64,000 bases of DNA, taken from NCBI RefSeq assembly GCF_028641065.1, contig NC_073389.1, positions 4,154,001 through 4,218,000 on the forward strand, read 5' to 3'. A program made the position numbers and the translations under genes. The stretch comes from Leucoraja erinacea (taxonomy: Eukaryota). Shown in pieces: positions 38,773-51,612 of the stretch; within the stretch, counting starts at the first letter, position 1; every line of letters begins with the position of its first letter. Under the pieces are notes generated by a model. It worked only from the letters and a program-made list of their open reading frames with translations. It was not told where the DNA came from and did no database searches.

Positions 38773-40737
38773 GAATTTCTTCCTTCAGCACGGAAACAGG
38801 CCCATTAGCCCAACTCGCCCATGCTGAACAAGATCGCCTATCTACGCTAGTCTCATTTGCCACATTTGGCCCATATCCCTCTAAACCATCAATGATTCCT
38901 TATTACCACATGTCAGTGAAATTATATATTTTTTTCATACAGATCAGTAAATTATTAATACACGCAGGCATAATCCCAAATTAAGTACAAAGTGTACAGA
39001 AATAGTCCACCGAGACAAGAATCATCAGCTTTCAGCACCACTTTCAAAGCCCTATCCATGAATCCTTTCCTATCCATGTATGTTCACCACTGCACCGCTT
39101 CTTATATGCACCATTAATACATTATTTGGACCAAGGGGAACAATATCTGTCCTCAACCTTATGCCACTGTCTCTATTTCTGAAACATGTCCACTTCCACC
39201 ATTCTCTCCTCTGGTCTTTCAAGCGACTTTTCACATCCAAGGTACACAAAAATGCTGGAGAAACTCAGCGGGTGCAGCAGCATCTGTGGAGCGAAGGAAA
39301 TAGGCAACGTTTCGGGATGATTTTACACAAGGAAATAGGCAACGTTTTGGGCCGAAACCCTTTGGGTTTCGGCCCGAAACGTTGCCTATTTCCTTTGCTC
39401 CATAGATGCTGCTGCGCCCGCTGAGTTTCTCCAGCATTTTTGTGTGCCTTCGATTTTCCAGCAGCTGCAGTTCCTTCTTAAACACCTTTCACGTCCGTTC
39501 CCTTCTGCCAGAGCAGATGGGGCATCACGGAGCTAGATTTCAGCCTGTAATCCCACAGTGCACACAGGCCTAGGCCTTCAGGCTTTTTACTGCCACTCTA
39601 CCCCCTCCTCAGTCTTCTGACAGTAGATTCTGGTGACATTAACACGACCAACATTAAACCAACAAATCTCCAGGTTGCTGGGGAAACGAGGAACTGCAAA
39701 TGCTGGAACCTAGGCCAAACACATAGTGTTGGATGATCCCAGCAGGTCAGGCAGCATCTGTGGAGGGGTCGGCCCAATGGATACACAATGGGTGTGTCGG
39801 GTTGGGACCCCCTCTTCAGACTAATGGAGTAAGGGGAAAGAAAGCTGGAAAGGAGATGGAAAGTAGAGGAAAGGAGGAGTGCAATGTGAAGCTGGAGGGA
39901 GGAATTATGGGTGGAAATAAAAGAGGAATGTGGGACTAGAGGATGGAAGCTGAGTGTATGGAGAAGGAGAAAGGAGAAAGGAGAAGGGCGACTGGGGAGG
40001 TGGGAGATGGTGGGAAAATGTGTGCACACCAGGGTGGGCTACAGAGGAATGACAAGGGGGTAGGCATGAGGGGGTCTTACTTGACATTGAAGAAATCAAT
40101 GTTCATTGCCTCTACTGTCAGAGGGAAAAAAGGTGGAAAAACAGCTGAAGAAGGGTTTCGGCCCGAAACGTTGCCTATTTCCTTCGCTCCATAGATGCTG
40201 CAGCACCCACTGAGTTTCTCCAGCAATTATGTCTACCTTCAATTTTCCAGCATCTGCAGTTCCTTCTTAAACAACAAACGTCTGTCCATGTTTTTATGTT
40301 AACAAGCCCTCTATCCTTGTGAATATATTTGTTATATATATATATATATATATATATAAAAAGTTGTTATTTTAATTATAGACCATAGACAATAGGTGCA
40401 GGAGCAGGGTATTTGGCCCTTCAAGCCAGCACTGCCATTCAATATGATCATCCCGGGAATTAACCTTGTAAACCTACGCTGCAGTCCCTCAATAGCAAGA
40501 ATGTCCTTCTTCAAATTAGGGGACCAAAACTGCACACAATATTCCAGGTGTGGTCTCACTAGGGCTCTGTACAACAGCAGAAGAATTAATTATATTTTTT
40601 GATGGAGATTTATAAAATACTAGATTGTCAGACACCTACCTTGCTAGTTACATTTTCCAAAACCTTACCATAGCCAACCAATATAATTTTCTCTTCCTAC
40701 AACTATATTTCATCATACTATTTTACAAATAGACCTT

Positions 40738-43700
40738 TAGCCCAGAGACATTAGGTTAGATGAACTAGGTACCAATGTGTGACTATGGGAGTGTGTAGGG
40801 GGGTCACCTGAAATGAACGGTCTGCCGGGTACCACCCGCTGCGTGTAGACCTGGGGGACCCCCCAAAGGGCCAAACAATGGGTGCTAAATAGATGAGTGA
40901 GGTGCCTCTTAAATCCACTACCATGGTGTGCTCACTGCCACACCTGTATCAACAACACAAACGGCAGACATTTTTCCCGCTGCTAAAGGCCCACCAGACC
41001 CCCCACAAAAGGCCTGTAAATGTGCTAGCATATAGACGAGCAAGGTACCATTCAAAAATAATGTCAAATGAACAAGTTGAGTTCATAGAGTAGAAAATGG
41101 GTTACGCCAGACAAATAATCTGCTGCACTACAGCTACCAGACACCCCAAAAATGGACACTCCAGACCCTGCTGTCCCACTAGGCTAGCCGAGATATTGTG
41201 GGTACTAGCTAAAACCAAGTTTAAATGATCTACCACACCACGTGGAATATAAAGTGACCTATGACAGAACAATTATCTGCTGCAGTGAGCCTGCCAGACC
41301 CCATAAATGGGCCCTTGGGCCAATCTAGGCTAGCCTAGATATTAAAGGTACCAGCTAAAACCAGGTTTGGATGATCAATCACAGCCTAGGAAATATAAAA
41401 TGGCCCCATGCCAGGATAATAATCGATTGCCTTGGTCCTAACAGACTCCCCAAATAGTCCCTTAATTGCCCAACTGGGGGGGGAGGGGGTCTGATAGCAC
41501 AAGGTAACAGATAATTGCTCTGGCATCGGCCATTTTGTATTTCCCAAGGTGGGATTGATCATTTAAAGCAAACATCAAACATTGATCATTTAAAGCAAAC
41601 AATGGCAAACATGTGGTCCAAAATTGACATGTTGGTCACAAGCTCATTTGTATATGGCCCAATGTATTTTTAGTGTTTATTATTAATGTACTAGTGTAAG
41701 GAATGATTCATTAAAGAATGACAGACTCAAATGTTAACCCGACCCCTAAGAAACATTTATTTTGTTATGTTACACAGTTACATTAAACCTTTAAACCTTT
41801 AAATTCGAATGATATTAACTCCAAATTGTATAGCATATTCTGTACTTCAATATTTTTACCTCAGAATAATTTTGAAAAGAAAACTGGGTCTACCGTTACT
41901 CAGCTCTTAGATGTGGCCATTTCAAAACCAACAACTGCACCAAAAGCAGTCTGAAGTTGTCTTTAGCAAAATTGGCAAAAAGTGAACAGCTGGGACATTT
42001 GTTGCAATGAGAAAAAAATTAGCTTGATAACTGTTTCTAAGTTTTATATATGTTTTAATATAGATGATATGATCTTCACAACCATGTGGAAAATTTAGTG
42101 GGTTGCGCATCGAGATGTCAAGAAAAATCACAAATATGCAGTAAAATGCTCATCTGCATTTATTTCTAGCTCATTGCGTGCTACAATTTCCCAGTAGTGT
42201 AATGGAATGGTAAACCATCATTACAGTTTACAGGACACTCCATGTACATTGTCTTACTACTAGAGGTTTGGTCATTTGCCCAGGATAATATTAGCCTGAA
42301 CTGTACTAGAAAGCTTTTAATGGGAGAACAATGTGGACTAATAATACTCTCTTTCAAAGCTTGTTCCTCCATTTGAATGTAGATAACTTTAAAAACCTAG
42401 GTCATCAAAGTTATTTTTATTAGTTTGTTTCAGGGTGGTAAACCTAACAAACATAACTAGCAAATTATCAGTTTATGAATCACTAAAAAATTCACATTAT
42501 TGTAGCAATTATCTTCTTGATCTATGAATCGAGGGAGGTAAATATTGCAAACGTTCCACTGTGATATAAGATAAGTAAATATTGCAAATGTTCCAAAATT
42601 CATACTTACAATTTGAAACACGAGACTGAATATAAAGTACAGAACAAGTATTTGCAATCTATTTGCTGACCACGTCACAGATAAAACATCCTATAGTCGT
42701 ACAAATTGATCCTGACAATAAACAACATTATTGAGTTTAATATTTTAAGCATACACTCACCGCATCACTACTGATATTGCAATTATGTCCATACTATAGG
42801 ATGTCTGATACGGCTGTCCGTAGTTTTTCTTACAGTCGGGAGATGACTCTGTAAGCTTATCAAATTAAAGTCCACCCCTATATAAGATAAATCTCCATCA
42901 AATAACATAATATTCCAGCTTAAATTGCACTCAGCCCTATAGAGTATAGTTTATTGCACCAATTCCACAGGGATTTTATATGCACTTGCTGATACTTGAT
43001 CCTAACCACGTGTCAGCCATTGTCTGTACCTCTCTGCAGGCCACGTGCTCTGGGCATGGCATTGGTTGTAACGTAAAGTGAACACTATAACTGAACCCTG
43101 CATTATAATAGCAAACTATAACTATGTAGCAAAGTAAAACAACTTACCTCAAACAGCCGTAAACAGTGATTCGTTACTGCAAAAAATTCCATCCAATCCA
43201 ATGTTGATATATTGTTTGGCTGCAGCTTGTCACCGCCTTCAGCCAAATGGCCAAATATATAAAAAGTATAACAGTTTATACCTACTATTAGCCTCTTGTC
43301 CCCCTTTTCTCATTAAAATGGGCTGATGTGGAAATGGTTGATAAAGTGGTTACATTTTTGACATGAGTCATTTTGTATCACTAGCCGAAGTTGTATACCT
43401 GGCTCAGCTCATACCTAGCCTCCTACTTGGGGCCAAGGACTTTTGGGGGGGGGGGGGGGGTGGGTCATTTTGTATTTCCCGGGCTGTGATTGATCAATTA
43501 AACCTGATTTTAGCGGGCACCTTTAATATCTAGGCTAGCCTAGATTGGCCCAAGGGCCCATTTAGGGGATCTGGTAGGCCCAATGCAGCAGATAATTGTT
43601 CTATCATAGGTCAATTTATATCCCCAAGGTGTGATAGATCATTTAAACTTGGTTTGAGTTGGTACCCACAATATCTAGGCTAGCCTAGTTGGACAGCAGG

Positions 43701-44067
43701 GTCTAGGATGTCTGGTACCTGTAGTACCAGCTGCCTATTTGTCTGGCGTAACCCATTTTGTACTCTATGAACTCAACTTGTTCATTCGGCATTATGTTTG
43801 AGTAGTACCTTGCTCGTCTATATGCTTGCCCATTTTCTAGGCCCTTTGTGGGGGGTTTTGGCGGGCCTTTTGCAGCGGGAAAATGTCTGCCGTTTGTGTT
43901 ATTGATACAGGCGTGACAGTGAGCACACCTTTTAAGTGGCACCTATTTCACCAGGCCCCTTGGGGGGTCCCCCAGGTTGATCGGATGGTAAACCAGACTC
44001 CCATTCCATTCATTACACACTCCCATAGTCACCTTTACCTAGTTCATCTAATCGCTAGCCTGGGCTG
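40738..44067. mobile_element. 3.3-kb DNA-transposon-like element with long (about 600-670 bp) imperfect TIRs
   Basis: 40740-41410 is the reverse complement of 43460-44065 (e.g. atgaacaagttgagttcatagagta.aaaatgggttacgccagacaaata); termini agcccag / ctgggct; arms contain about 160-bp subrepeats. Confidence 0.85.
41783..43281 (-). pseudogene. Candidate decayed multi-exon gene of unknown identity inside the long-TIR element
   Basis: GT-AG segments of 50, 49, 51 and 52 nt and a GC-AG segment of 53 nt; flanking frames partly open but with stops and frameshifts; AATAAA at 41756-41761 on the minus strand. Confidence 0.45.
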
Positions 44068-44634
44068 AGATTAAAATGCCAATTTCCACATCCTTAATTT
44101 TCCTGACAAGCAGAATCATCAAGCACTACAGAATGAAACAGGCCCTTCAGCCCACCTTGTCTATGCCAGACATGTTAGCATACTGGGCTAGTCCAATTTA
44201 CCCGCATTGCCCCATAGCCCTCAAAAACCTTGCGATCCATATACTGTAAATGACAAATGTCTATTAAAAGTCATTTTTATTCCACCTCTATAGATTTCTC
44301 AGGCAACTCATTTCAATAGACATCATCCTCTGAGTGAGAAAAATTGTCTCTGAGGTCCCTCTTAACACTCTCTCCTCAACATAAGTCTACGCCCTCTAGT
44401 TTTAGAATCCTCTATCCAGGGGAAATGACTGTGAGTGTTTACTTTATCCATGCCCCCTTGTGATCTTGTATACCTCTATAAGATCGCCTTCAGCCCCCTA
44501 CACTAGGAAGGAAAATGTCCCAGCCTTCCCAACACCTCTATAACTCAAGCCCGCAAGACCAATTGATTGGACATAGTTCTCCATTTCCTTTGTCCTGCAT
44601 TTCATTAATAGAATATTAATTTCTCTAAATTCAA

Positions 44635-44942
44635 GCTCAGTGGCGCAGCGGTAGAGTTGCTGCCTCACAGCGCCAGAGACCCGGGTTCGATCCTGACTAT
44701 GGGCGATCTCTGTACAGAGTTTGTACGTTCTCCCCGTGACCTGCGTGGGTTTCCTCCGAGATCTTCGATTTCCTCCCACATTCCAAATACGTACAAGTTT
44801 GTAGGTTTATTGGCTTAATATTAATTTAAATAGTCCAGACAGTGTGTAGGGTAGTGTTAATGTGCAGGGATCGCTGGCCAGCGCAGACTCGGTGGGCCGA
44901 AGGGCCTGTTTCCGTGCTGTATCTCTAAACTAAATTAAACAA
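44635..44942 (+). mobile_element. HE1/V-SINE-type SINE, near full length
   Basis: A box TGGCGCAGCGG at 44641-44651, B box GGTTCGATCC at 44684-44693, CR1-shared tail gggccgaagggcctgtttccgtgctgtatctctaaactaaa. Confidence 0.9.
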
Positions 44943-45270
44943 GTAACCCTTGCCTTCCCTCTCTCTCCATCCCTCCACCATCCTTGTTCTCTGACTAGTT
45001 TCACTGTCCTGATCACATTTTACAGATTGTATGCCACCTTCTGCTAACAATGAACCGTTTTGCATTTCCTGATGGTTTGGTTTGTTCTGTGTTTTCACAC
45101 CTTACCATTCCATATCTCTAATGTCTCCCTTTCCCCAGACTCAGTCTGAAGAAGGGTCTCGACCTGAAACGTCACCCATTCCTTCTCTCCAGAGATGCTG
45201 CCTGTCCCGCTGAGTTACTCCAGCCTTTTGTGTCTATCTTTGGTGTAAACCAGGATCTGTAGTTCCTTGT

Positions 45271-46033
45271 GTAAGAAGTCCACATCTTGAACAACGGATA
45301 CAGTAGATGAGGTTGGAGGAGGTGCAAGTGAACCTCTGCCTAACCAGAAAGGACTGTCGGGGTCCCTGGACAGAGTCGAGGGAGGAGGTATAGTGACAGG
45401 TGTTGCACCTTCTGCGGTTGCAGGGGAAGGTACCTGGGGAGGGGGTGGTTTGGGTGGGAAGGGATGAGTTAACCAGGGAGTTGTGGAGGGAACGGTCTCT
45501 GCGGAAGGTGGAAAGGGGTGGAGATTGGAAGCTGTGGCTCGTGGTGGGATCCTGTTGGAGGTGGCAGAATTTTCGGAGGATTATGTGTTGCATGAGACTG
45601 CTGATAGGGTGGAAGGTAAGGACAAGGGGGACTCTGACTCTGTTGCGACTGGGGGGAAGGGGAGCAAGGGCGGAACTGCGGGGTACCGAGGAGACACGAG
45701 TGAGGGCCTCATCTATGATGGGAGAGGGGAACCCCCATTCCCTAAAGATTGAGGACATCTCAGATGTTCTAGTATGGAACATCTTATCTTGGGCGCAGTT
45801 GCAGTGTAGATGGAGGAATTGGAAGTAGGGAATAGTCTGTGCAGGGTGGGAAGTGGGCTTGTAATAGACGTCAGTCAATAGTCTATTTCTTCTGATGGAA
45901 ACTGAGATCAAGAAAGGGGAGGGAGGTGTCGGAGATGGTCCAAGTAAATTTGAGTGCAGGATGAAAATTGGTGGTGAACTTGATGAAGTCCATGAGTTCT
46001 GCCTGGGTGCAGGAGGTACCACCGATGCAGTCA
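45271..46033 (-). mobile_element. Penelope-like retroelement fragment, inverted arm
   Basis: TDVYYKPT...VPLVLTFHP...CNRRRCNTC...FTCTSSNLIYCIRCSRCG. Confidence 0.9.
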
Positions 46034-46795
46034 CCAATCCCTGTTCCAGGCGTACACTGGCCCTATCCCCGAACTCTATCTCCGTTACATTGATGACTGC
46101 ACTGGTGCTACCTCCTGCACCCATGCAACACTCATGGACTTCATCAACTTCACCACCAATTTCCATCCTGCACTCAAATTTACTTGGACCATCTCCTCCA
46201 ACCTCATCTACTATATCCGTTGTTCAAGATGTGGACTCTTGTACATCGGCGAGACCAAACGTAGACTGGGCGATCGTTTTGCTGAACACCTTCACTCAGC
46301 CCGCCTGAACCAACCTGATCTCCCGGTTGCCAGACACTTTAATTCTCCTTCCCATTCCCACACAGACCTTTCTGTCCTCCGTCTCCTCCATTGTCAGAGT
46401 GAGGCTAAACGCAAATTGGAGGAACAGCATCTCATATTTCGTTTGGGCAGCTTACAGCCCAGTGGTATGAATATTGATTTCCCTCACTTCAGGTAGCCCT
46501 GGCATTCCCCCTCTCTCTATCCCTCCCCCACCCAAGTTGCACCAGCTTCTCGTTATCACCCAACAAACAACTAACAATGGCCTGTTTCCTTTATCATCGT
46601 TAATATTTTGCATATCTTTCATTCATTGTTCTTTATCTCTCTACATCACCGTCTATATCTCTCGTTTCCCTTATCCCTAACCAGTCTGGAGAAGGGTCTC
46701 CACCCGAAACATCATCCATTCCTTCTCTCCAGAGATGCTGCCTGTCCCGCTGAGTTACTCCAGCATTTTGTGTCTATCTGCAGTTCCTTCCTACA
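46034..46795 (+). mobile_element. Penelope-like retroelement fragment with internal deletion
   Basis: ctctatctccgttacattgatgac = LYLRYIDD RT motif, joined directly to LYIGETKRRLGDRFAEH GIY-YIG domain; terminal repeat follows. Confidence 0.9.
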
Positions 46796-47509
46796 CAAGG
46801 ATGATACTGGGTACAATTGATCTAAACCCTAAAGCAACATTAATCTTTCTTTACTGTGGAGGTGGAAAAATATCTATCCTAGTTGAAATGCCTTGGATGA
46901 TCTCATTGCTGAGAGAGAAGCAACACTGTTGACCTAAATAACTTTTAATTTCATTTATATTTTCCATCCTCCCTTTAATGCAATAGAAAGGCCTCTGGAG
47001 AATCACTTCTAATGTTGAGCCCATCTGAAGAATGTTTGAAACCCAGTTTAATTTATGCTCTCAGATGTAGCAGCTTTGGAGTTTCCAACCTACAAGTCCT
47101 TCAATAATTTAGCATCAATTTATTCGAGCGACAGATCAAGAGGAAAATCCCTCTTGGATTCTCACAGTTCTTACAGTAAACAATGTTGGTGAATTTGTGA
47201 ACTATTAGGGTCCACCAGTTCTATTGAATCTATTAAATAAAATTGGTTGTACGTGTGATCCATGTATTGAGCTTGCCTTGATGGGAGAATATTTCAAGGA
47301 GTTCCATTGTTTTAGCTGTTGGCTTGCACATTGACTTCTTTTACTGAACCTCTTACTCCAAGCCGAGGGCTGGATTTACCTCACAATTTAAATTCTACTG
47401 GGAAGTTTAAATATGCATAATTAATTGTTTGTCTTTAATATTTTTACATGTGCTTTTAATTTGAGGAGCCAAGGATTTTATACATTCTATAAGTAGTTTT
47501 GTAAACTGA

Positions 47510-48568
47510 CTAGTACACTTTGTAAAGTGAAATGTCCAGCATCCTCAGCTTTACATTTAAATAAATCTCCTTTCCGACCAAAGACCCCATAGCGAGCAAG
47601 ATAGATCACTCGACGAAAAAGACGTGGTACGGTCACGGGCAGATTCATGGGTAATTTTCGGCCCCATTTCCGTAACCGGCTTCCGTCTCTGCACCAAAGA
47701 TCCCGGCGCGGAGCAAAGATACTAATGCCTATTCTCAAACGGAAAAGCTTGTACGGAACTCTGTCTATCCCTAAAAATAAAAGACCTCTTATTTGGTAAA
47801 AAACCTGCTGCTCATTTTCAGAATAAAGACCTAACTTACACAAACCTATCTCCCCCGCAACGTTGTTGACACTGCGAGGCAACATTCGGTAAATTCCTCT
47901 GAACTCTCTCTATGGTTGACAAAAAGGCCCACCAAAATTGTCCGCTCTGATTGCGTACCAATGCCTTGTCAGCCATTACATCCCATTTAGAAGGCTCTGA
48001 GTGATCTACCTTGCTCCTTCCGCTTTACCACCTTACTGTTTCTGACTGAGAAGTTTAAAATGCATAATCCCATTGTTATTTTGTTCTTACAGTGATAAAT
48101 GCTTTTTACCTTTCCAACTGGATACATTCTAAACACTGGGAATGTAAAGTAAGCAATGATGCTTTGGAGAATGAAATGTTTGGCACTCTGAGCTTACATT
48201 TATATCACGATGGTAACACACCAAACAATACCTACAATACTGCGAGTGATCACTCGAATGCACTCTCTGTGGTGGTCTGAGCAGGGGACGGACTTCTTTT
48301 CGGCCCCATTTAGACTCCTATTCCGTGATCTGCTGTGTTGTTGATACTCTCAAAGATACTAGTGCGGAACGGAACCACGGAAACATCCTCGTACCAAATA
48401 AAAGTACAAAAAACGTCTCAGCGTTTTAATCGGGTCAGATGTAGCCACAATGACATATTGATCCCAAGCTAGTACACTTTGTAAAGTGAAATGTCCAGCA
48501 TCCTCAGCTTTACATTTAAATAAATCTCCTTTCCGACCAAAGACCTACAGCGAGCAAGATAGATCACC
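47510..48568 (+). repeat. Direct repeat of about 99 bp (47510-47608 and 48469-48567) bracketing a mosaic segment
   Basis: ctagtacactttgtaaagtgaaatgtccagc...gcgagcaagatagatcac occurs twice. Confidence 0.85.
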
Positions 48569-49594
48569 CCTTAAGGATGAGGTTAGAATAACCCCTTTTA
48601 AACCGACATGAGGAAAACTTACCTTTCCAACACACTGAGATAAAGTAAGAATCTCTGGAACTCTCTGCCACTCTGAGTGTAACTAATAGGCCGATGGTAA
48701 TTGGCTATATTGCGAGGGATTCCTGATGCATTCCTGTGTGTGGCTAAGGGGATCAGAGGGTATCAGAGAGTAGGCAGGTATTGTGATAGCTGAGTTGGAT
48801 GATCATACATGATCATATTATATGGTGGTGGTGCAGGCTCGAAGGGCCGAATGGCCTACTCCTCCATCTCAGCGTTTTATGTTTCTATGTTTCTAAGCAT
48901 TGAACTACTTGAGTTTACATCTTACCTTCTCATGGCCCAATGTTGGCACCATTCTATAGTTGGTCTTCCTTGACATCCTGGAGAAACAAGACGTTTACAA
49001 AAGGAGACACAAAGTGCTGGAGTCTGACCCGCTGTGTTGCTCGGGCACTTTGCACCTTTCCTTGATATCCTCTTTGGACCTGACACCTGGTGTAAACAAG
49101 CTGAGACACGTGGAGCTCGAGTCAAGAGACCCAGTGAAGCGGAACAGGTGTGTGGTACATGCTCGCATTATTTACAACTTAAGAGAGAAGTAGCTTATTA
49201 GGTTTAGCTTTCCCATTGTCACGTGGACTGAGGTACAGTGAAAAGCTTTGTTCTGCCGCATGTCATCCAAACAGGGCAGATAATACCATACAAGCTCAAG
49301 TACATTAGACAGAGCAAAGGGGAAGATACAGAGAGCATAATATAGTTCTCAGCATGGTAGCACCACAGTTCAAGGGACAAAGTTCAACATCCGCAATGGG
49401 GTAGAGGTGAATCGGACATTTAGAAACATTGGTACATGCACTGACCACAGGCGAGCCACCATTAATAAGGGTCCAGTTCTCCCCTTGTCCTCTAGAGGAG
49501 AGTCTTGTCGTACCTGGCTAGCAGGTGTTTCAATGATAGTTTTACAATGCTTTGCAAGGAAGACAAAGTGTATCGGTACCTAATTGGAAATATA

Positions 49595-49895
49595 GTTTCA
49601 GTTTTAGAGATACAGCGCGGAAACAGGCCCTTCAGCCCACTGAGTCCGTACCGACCAGCGATCCCCGCACATTAACACTCTCCTACACACACTAGGGACA
49701 ATTTACATTTATACCAAACCAATTAACCTACAAACCTGTACGTCTTTGGAGTGTGGGAGGAACCTGAAGTTCTCGGAGAAAACCCACGCACGTCACGGGA
49801 GAACGTAGAGATAAGCACGTCTCGTAGCCAGGATCGAACCCGGGTCTCTGGTGCTGCAAGCGCTGTAAGGCAGCAACTCTACCGCTGGGCCACCA
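49595..49895 (-). mobile_element. HE1/V-SINE-type SINE
   Basis: Reverse-complement B box ggatcgaacc and tail tagagatacagcgcggaaacaggccc. Confidence 0.85.
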
Positions 49896-50984
49896 AGCCG
49901 GCCAGGAAACAAAACATTGCAGATGCTGCAATCTTGAACAGAACACAAAGTGCCGGAGGAACTCAACGGGTCAGGCAGCATCTGTGGAGGAAATGGGCAG
50001 ATGGTGTTTCAAGTTGACATTCTTCTTCAGACTGCGGAAGTAAGATTGAGGGTCCCCAACCTGAGACGTCGCCTGTCCATTCCCGCCACAGATGCTGCCT
50101 GACCTGCTGAGTTCCTCCAGCATTTTGTGTATTGCTTTGGAAATATATTTGGGTGACATGCCACCTGTGCTTGTGTGGTGTACAATCTATGAGCTTCATG
50201 AGTCTTGAGGCAATAGTAAGTGTGAGAGGCTGTGATGGAAGCTGCGAACCTCATGTAATGGTCCAGTCAATGTGAGGGCATTGGTAACTTAAAAGTAATA
50301 GCTGGCAAAAAATGTGGTGAAAAAGGACTAGTAATTGAAATTTTGATTCAAAGACACGGCATGGAAACAGACTACGGATCCACGCCAACCATCGATCACC
50401 CGATCACTCTAGTTCTATGTTATCCCACATTCTCATCCACTCCCTACATGCAGTATGGACAATTTACAGAGGCCAATGAACCTACAAACCTGCATGTCTT
50501 CGGGAGGCGGGAGGAAACCAGAGCACACAAAGGAAACCCACACATGGTCACAGGGAGAACGTGCAAACTCCCAAAAGACAGCGCCCGTGGTCAGGATCGA
50601 AGCTGGGTCTTTGGTGCTATGAGGCAGCAGCTCTACCCGCTGCTCCACTGTGCTCTATTAAGAATAAGGAGTAAGCCATAGACGAGGAAACACTTTTTCT
50701 CACAGAGAGTGGTGAAGTCTGTGGAGTCTCTTCTTCATAAGACAGTGGAGGCAGGTTCTCTGGATGCTTTCAACCAGAGAGCTAGATAGGGCTCTTAAAA
50801 AATAGTCAGAGTCAGGGGATATGGGGAGAAGGCAGGAACGGGGTACTGATTGGGGATGATCAGCCATGATCACATTGAACCTGGCGGTGCTGGCTCGAAG
50901 GGCCGAATGGCCTACTCCTGCACCTATTGTCCTATTGTCTACTGCTGCCCAATGACTGGTGTACCATCTACCCATATCTCAATT

Positions 50985-51612
50985 ACAGCACGGAAACAGG
51001 CCCTCTCGGCCCTACACGTCCGTGCCGAACAAATTTATTTCCCCCTTAGTCCCACCTGCCTGCACTCATACCATAACCTTCCATTCCCTTTTCATCCATA
51101 TGCCTATCCAATTTATTTTTAAATGATACTAATGAACCTGCCTCCACCACTTCCACTGGAAGCTCATTCCACACCGCTACCACTCTCTGAGTAAAGAAGT
51201 TCCCCCTCATATTACCCCTAAACTTCTGTCCCTTAATTCTGAAGTCATGTCCTCTTGTTTGAATCTTCCCTATTCTCAAAGGGAAAAGCTTGTCCCCCTC
51301 CACTCTGTCTATCCCTCTCATCATTTTAAAGACCTCTATCAGGTCCCCCTTTGGTGCTAAGGCAGCAGCTCTCCAGACTGAGCTCTATTAAGAATAAGGA
51401 CTTATTCAACCTATCTCTGTAACACTTAGTTGTTGAAACCCAGGCAACAATTCTCTTGTAAATCTCTAGATCTTTCAAGAGAGAGCTAGTAGGGCTCTCA
51501 AATAGTTGACATCCTTCCAATAATTGGGCGACCAATATTGTACACCATACTCCAGATTTGGTCTCACCAATGCCTTGTACAATTTTAACATTACATCCCA
51601 GCTTCTATACTC
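50985..51612 (-). mobile_element. CR1-clade LINE 3' fragment, partly garbled
   Basis: MMRGIDRV...QTRGHDFRIKGQKF...FFTQRVVAVWNELP; same subfamily as 1183-1797. Confidence 0.85.

Noticed and set aside
41020-41460. CRISPR-like or satellite array
   Set aside because: The units are diverged subrepeats within transposon arms, with no constant repeat and unique spacer pattern; the context is eukaryotic.
44641-44700. tRNA genes at A/B-box sequences
   Set aside because: Each is followed by the SINE body and CR1-type tail and recurs with decay, so these are SINE heads.
45234-46496. 310-aa and 120-aa ORFs as functional genes
   Set aside because: Frameshifted, truncated Penelope RT and GIY-YIG fragments.
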